This document shows, one piece after another, positions 61,076-64,000 of a stretch of 64,000 bases of DNA. The position numbers were made by a program, and so were the translations under genes. Origin of the DNA: Nitrospinaceae bacterium (GTDB lineage Bacteria; Nitrospinota; Nitrospinia; Nitrospinales; Nitrospinaceae); contig OZ245011.1 of the NCBI GenBank assembly GCA_965223665.1, positions 480,001 to 544,000 of the forward strand, in the 5' to 3' direction. How positions within the stretch are numbered: position 1 is the first letter of the stretch; each line of letters opens with the position of its first letter. The notes under the pieces were generated by a model. It was not told the origin of the DNA. It did not search any database and saw only the letters and a program-made list of their open reading frames with translations.

Positions 61076-63487
61076 TTAATTCTTCGGATTTAAATAAGGT
61101 TCAGTAGATTGATTTTCTTTAAAGAATATATTCACTTGATTTATAAATTGACCCAATTTCATTTCATTATCAAATTCAAAAATTAAATCAGTTCTTCCTA
61201 CGGTTCGAAATAAGGCAAATAAGTCTTTAAAAAATTGATATCGTGTTCTTGTGGCGCTAGTGATACTAAGTATTAGCCGCGTTTGACTGTCTAAAAGATC
61301 GATAACGGGAAGATCACCTTCTAAATAAGAAATTTCTGCAAGTTTTAAATTTTCTTTTGACGAATTTACATTTCGGAGTGCAAACTCCAGATTCTTTCTT
61401 GATCGAAATAAATTAAATAACCCGGATCGTGATCTTTGAGATAAAGAGTTTTTTAAACTATTAACTCTGGCCTGAAATTCCAAAATTTGAGAATTAGCTT
61501 GTTCCAATTGTTTAAATCTTGCTCCACCTAAAAATAAAGGAATATCCAATCGAAATTGAGCTTGCCAACCATCCCCGAATCTATTTTCAAAAGTTTGTTG
61601 TTGTGGTGGGGTAAAATTTTGCGAGCTATCCTGGAATTGATTAAAATATTCTGCTTGCAACTTGGCAGTGGGATAAAATTGAGATAACACTTGGTCTTTT
61701 TGGACATTTGCCCGTTTTAAATTTGTCTTTAGAGCTTTCAAGTCCGGAGAATTATTTAAGGACTCTTGTTCAAAAAAATCCCGAAAAGTTTTAATTTGTT
61801 TCATGGTTAATAAATATTTAGAAAAACGATTGCCTCGCTTGGAATAATCTTTTTCAGAAAAGGAACCTTCTTCAAATTTATGAGCCGTTTCTCTGGGAAG
61901 GTTTAAAAGATTATTTAAAATGACTTGAGCACGAAATTGAAATTCTTTGGCATCCATCAAATCGATTCGTGCATTTTCCAACTCAATATTTAATCGCAAG
62001 ATGTCGCTTTTTCCGGTTTCACGAGTTTTGAACTTTAATTCTGCCAAACTTTGATTTTTCCGTATTACATTTAAATAATCTTTTTGGATGTTTACTAACT
62101 CATATCCTAAAAGGTTGTCTAAGTAAGCAAGGCTTACCTGCTCAATGATATCCTGATTTAAAACCTCCAGGTTCTGCTTTTCAATTTTATTGGTAACTTT
62201 TGCAGTTTCAATAGATTTGGAGAGTTGCCGATCATACAACCTTTGCTCTAATTGAATCTCCCATTTTGCCTCACCACGGGGTTGAAGAAAAGCATCTGCT
62301 CTGCTTTTGTTGGTCCTATTGTAGTTTAGGCCTGTAGTTACTTGTGGATAAAAACCTCTCTTAGTGATTTCTACATCTAGGTATGCTTGGTTTTGAAAAA
62401 GAGCTTGTGCTTTAATGTCATAATTTTGATTCAAAGCAAGTTGGATTGCCTTTTTAAAAGTTAATAAAGGATTTTCCTTGGTTTTTCCATACATTCTAGC
62501 TTCATCTAAAAAATCAAAAGGAATGTGATAACCAATCTTTTCTGCAGTTTCAAGATTGAAAATGAGTTCTGCACTTTTAAAGTCTATTACGGGGATTTGA
62601 TCTGTTGGAGTATTGTTTATTATATCGTAAAGCTTGAGCGCAAAGTTTCTTCCCATCCGAGAGGTATTGTAGTCATGGATGGAGACTAGAGCGCCTTTTT
62701 TAATTCCGTTTAATCCGTCCACAGTGAAACTTACAATTCTTCTTTTTATCAAAAGATTATAAAGATCCACCATTTGCTTATCTGTGAAACCTTTTAGTGG
62801 TTCTACAATCGCTAAGGAGGTGTTTAATTTACTTATTATTTCAGGATAGTTTTGGGGAGTAATGATAACTACTTTGGCTTTAGAATCACCTTTTACAAAA
62901 TTTTCTATCAAGCTTGGTATTTGGGAGTTAAACCCACAAATAACTTTTGGGCATAATATTGCAAACTTTTTTACTGGCAGCAGTTTAGGAAAAATTTTTA
63001 AAGTGTTTTCAACATATGTTGGGTCAAAGGAGGTTGTCCAATTAGGATTTATCGGTTTGAAAGTTTTTGGGGATAACATTCCTAATCCTGTAGGAAGAAT
63101 AAAATCCATGGCCACTACAGGAATAGGAAGAGGAGTTTGTTTTGAAAAATACAAACTCGAACCCATTCCAAATGAAATAATGGCATCTAATTTTGAATTT
63201 AAGAGTGTTGCTGCATATTTTTTTATCTTTTGGGGATCATATTGAGCATTTAAATTAAATTGTTTAGGATAGACAATTTTGAATTGACCATCATTCAGTT
63301 TATCCAACTCTATTTTCACTTTAGATATGAGAGGAGAGTTATACCAATATGGACCGTCTTGTAATATGCCTATTTGGATCGTTCTCTTTTTTTTTAGAAT
63401 AGTTTTAGCTTGTAGGTTTATATTTAGAGAAAAAATAAAAATTAAAAAAACGGTGAAAAAGAAACATCTATACATGCTTTTCCCCAT
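61076..63487 (-). CDS. TolC-family outer membrane factor fused to an N-terminal periplasmic-binding-like domain
   Basis: C-terminal ~460 aa show OEP patterns (AIQLALNQNYDI, YLEGDLPVIDLLDSQ). N-terminal ~330 aa end in LIFNLETAEKIG, resembling the ABC_sub_bind family. Confidence 0.8.
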   Translation of the reverse strand: MGKSMYRCFFFTVFLIFIFSLNINLQAKTILKKKRTIQIGILQDGPYWYNSPLISKVKIELDKLNDGQFKIVYPKQFNLNAQYDPQKIKKYAATLLNSKLDAIISFGMGSSLYFSKQTPLPIPVVAMDFILPTGLGMLSPKTFKPINPNWTTSFDPTYVENTLKIFPKLLPVKKFAILCPKVICGFNSQIPSLIENFVKGDSKAKVVIITPQNYPEIISKLNTSLAIVEPLKGFTDKQMVDLYNLLIKRRIVSFTVDGLNGIKKGALVSIHDYNTSRMGRNFALKLYDIINNTPTDQIPVIDFKSAELIFNLETAEKIGYHIPFDFLDEARMYGKTKENPLLTFKKAIQLALNQNYDIKAQALFQNQAYLDVEITKRGFYPQVTTGLNYNRTNKSRADAFLQPRGEAKWEIQLEQRLYDRQLSKSIETAKVTNKIEKQNLEVLNQDIIEQVSLAYLDNLLGYELVNIQKDYLNVIRKNQSLAELKFKTRETGKSDILRLNIELENARIDLMDAKEFQFRAQVILNNLLNLPRETAHKFEEGSFSEKDYSKRGNRFSKYLLTMKQIKTFRDFFEQESLNNSPDLKALKTNLKRANVQKDQVLSQFYPTAKLQAEYFNQFQDSSQNFTPPQQQTFENRFGDGWQAQFRLDIPLFLGGARFKQLEQANSQILEFQARVNSLKNSLSQRSRSGLFNLFRSRKNLEFALRNVNSSKENLKLAEISYLEGDLPVIDLLDSQTRLILSITSATRTRYQFFKDLFALFRTVGRTDLIFEFDNEMKLGQFINQVNIFFKENQSTEPYLNPKN

Positions 63488-64000
63488 TCGCTCATCCTTT
63501 ATTAGAAATTGTAATTTTTTTCTAATATTACCAATCCATCATGGACATGTCTTATTAATCCTGGATTCCTTAGATCCTTTTCCCAGTTAAAGAATCCAAT
63601 TTCCAAAATTTATATGAGTTTTGCAAAATACACTAAATTTATGAGTTTTGGAAGCAAGTCTTTATGGTAAATAATTTGGGTTCGTAATTTTTTGGAATGG
63701 GTAAGAACTTTATTTTCTTAATTTGAAGGGTTAACTGAGGACTTTATAGAAAATTTAATTAGATTAGCCTAAAAGCCAAACAGGCCAATGGAAAAAAAAT
63801 AATTTTTAAGGTCTTTATTTAAAAACTTAAACCTTTTTTTATTGGAAGTTTCCTTTAATCCCTAACTTGATTGTTATTATCCTATGAGAATTTTTAGATT
63901 TTGAATTATTTAAAAAATATTTCTTTGGTGTATATTTCCTAATCAATGCTATTTTTAAATTACTTAAATAAGGGTAATATGGTTGCTTTTAACTCTCAAA

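Overview
AT-rich bacterial core-chromosome segment, densely coding, in which I saw no rRNA, tRNA, CRISPR array, transposase, integrase or phage gene. The gene set is most consistent with a marine nitrite-oxidising Nitrospinota (Nitrospina-like) genome. This is an inference from the Q-loop-less cytochrome bd-like protein with diheme cytochrome c partners, the SorAB-type sulfite dehydrogenase, and the FGE-sulfatase, DUF1566 and LRR proteins. Housekeeping genes include truA-leuB-asd, mtnP-hemL-eno-ftsB, HU/IHF, queA, ugd, recO, ogt, sppA, lpdA, rlmN, rdgB, acs, fur, hisS, fbp and an RND efflux operon. Most notable items: (1) a stand-alone cytochrome c554 homologue with a CX3CH motif and apparent ligand swaps (His->Met, Phe->His) and no hao nearby; (2) a 759-aa protein built from about 20 tandem 31-residue coiled-coil repeats; (3) a bd-like oxidase subunit with a 50-residue acidic tract and a hydrophobic insertion, followed by two tandem paralogous membrane diheme cytochromes c; (4) a deviant Mrp ATPase paired with a Cys4/PCP_red-domain protein; (5) two intergenic promoter-plus-hairpin sRNA candidates; (6) a frameshifted TPR gene that the ORF track only partly calls. 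All family assignments come from motif recognition by eye, not from database searches.
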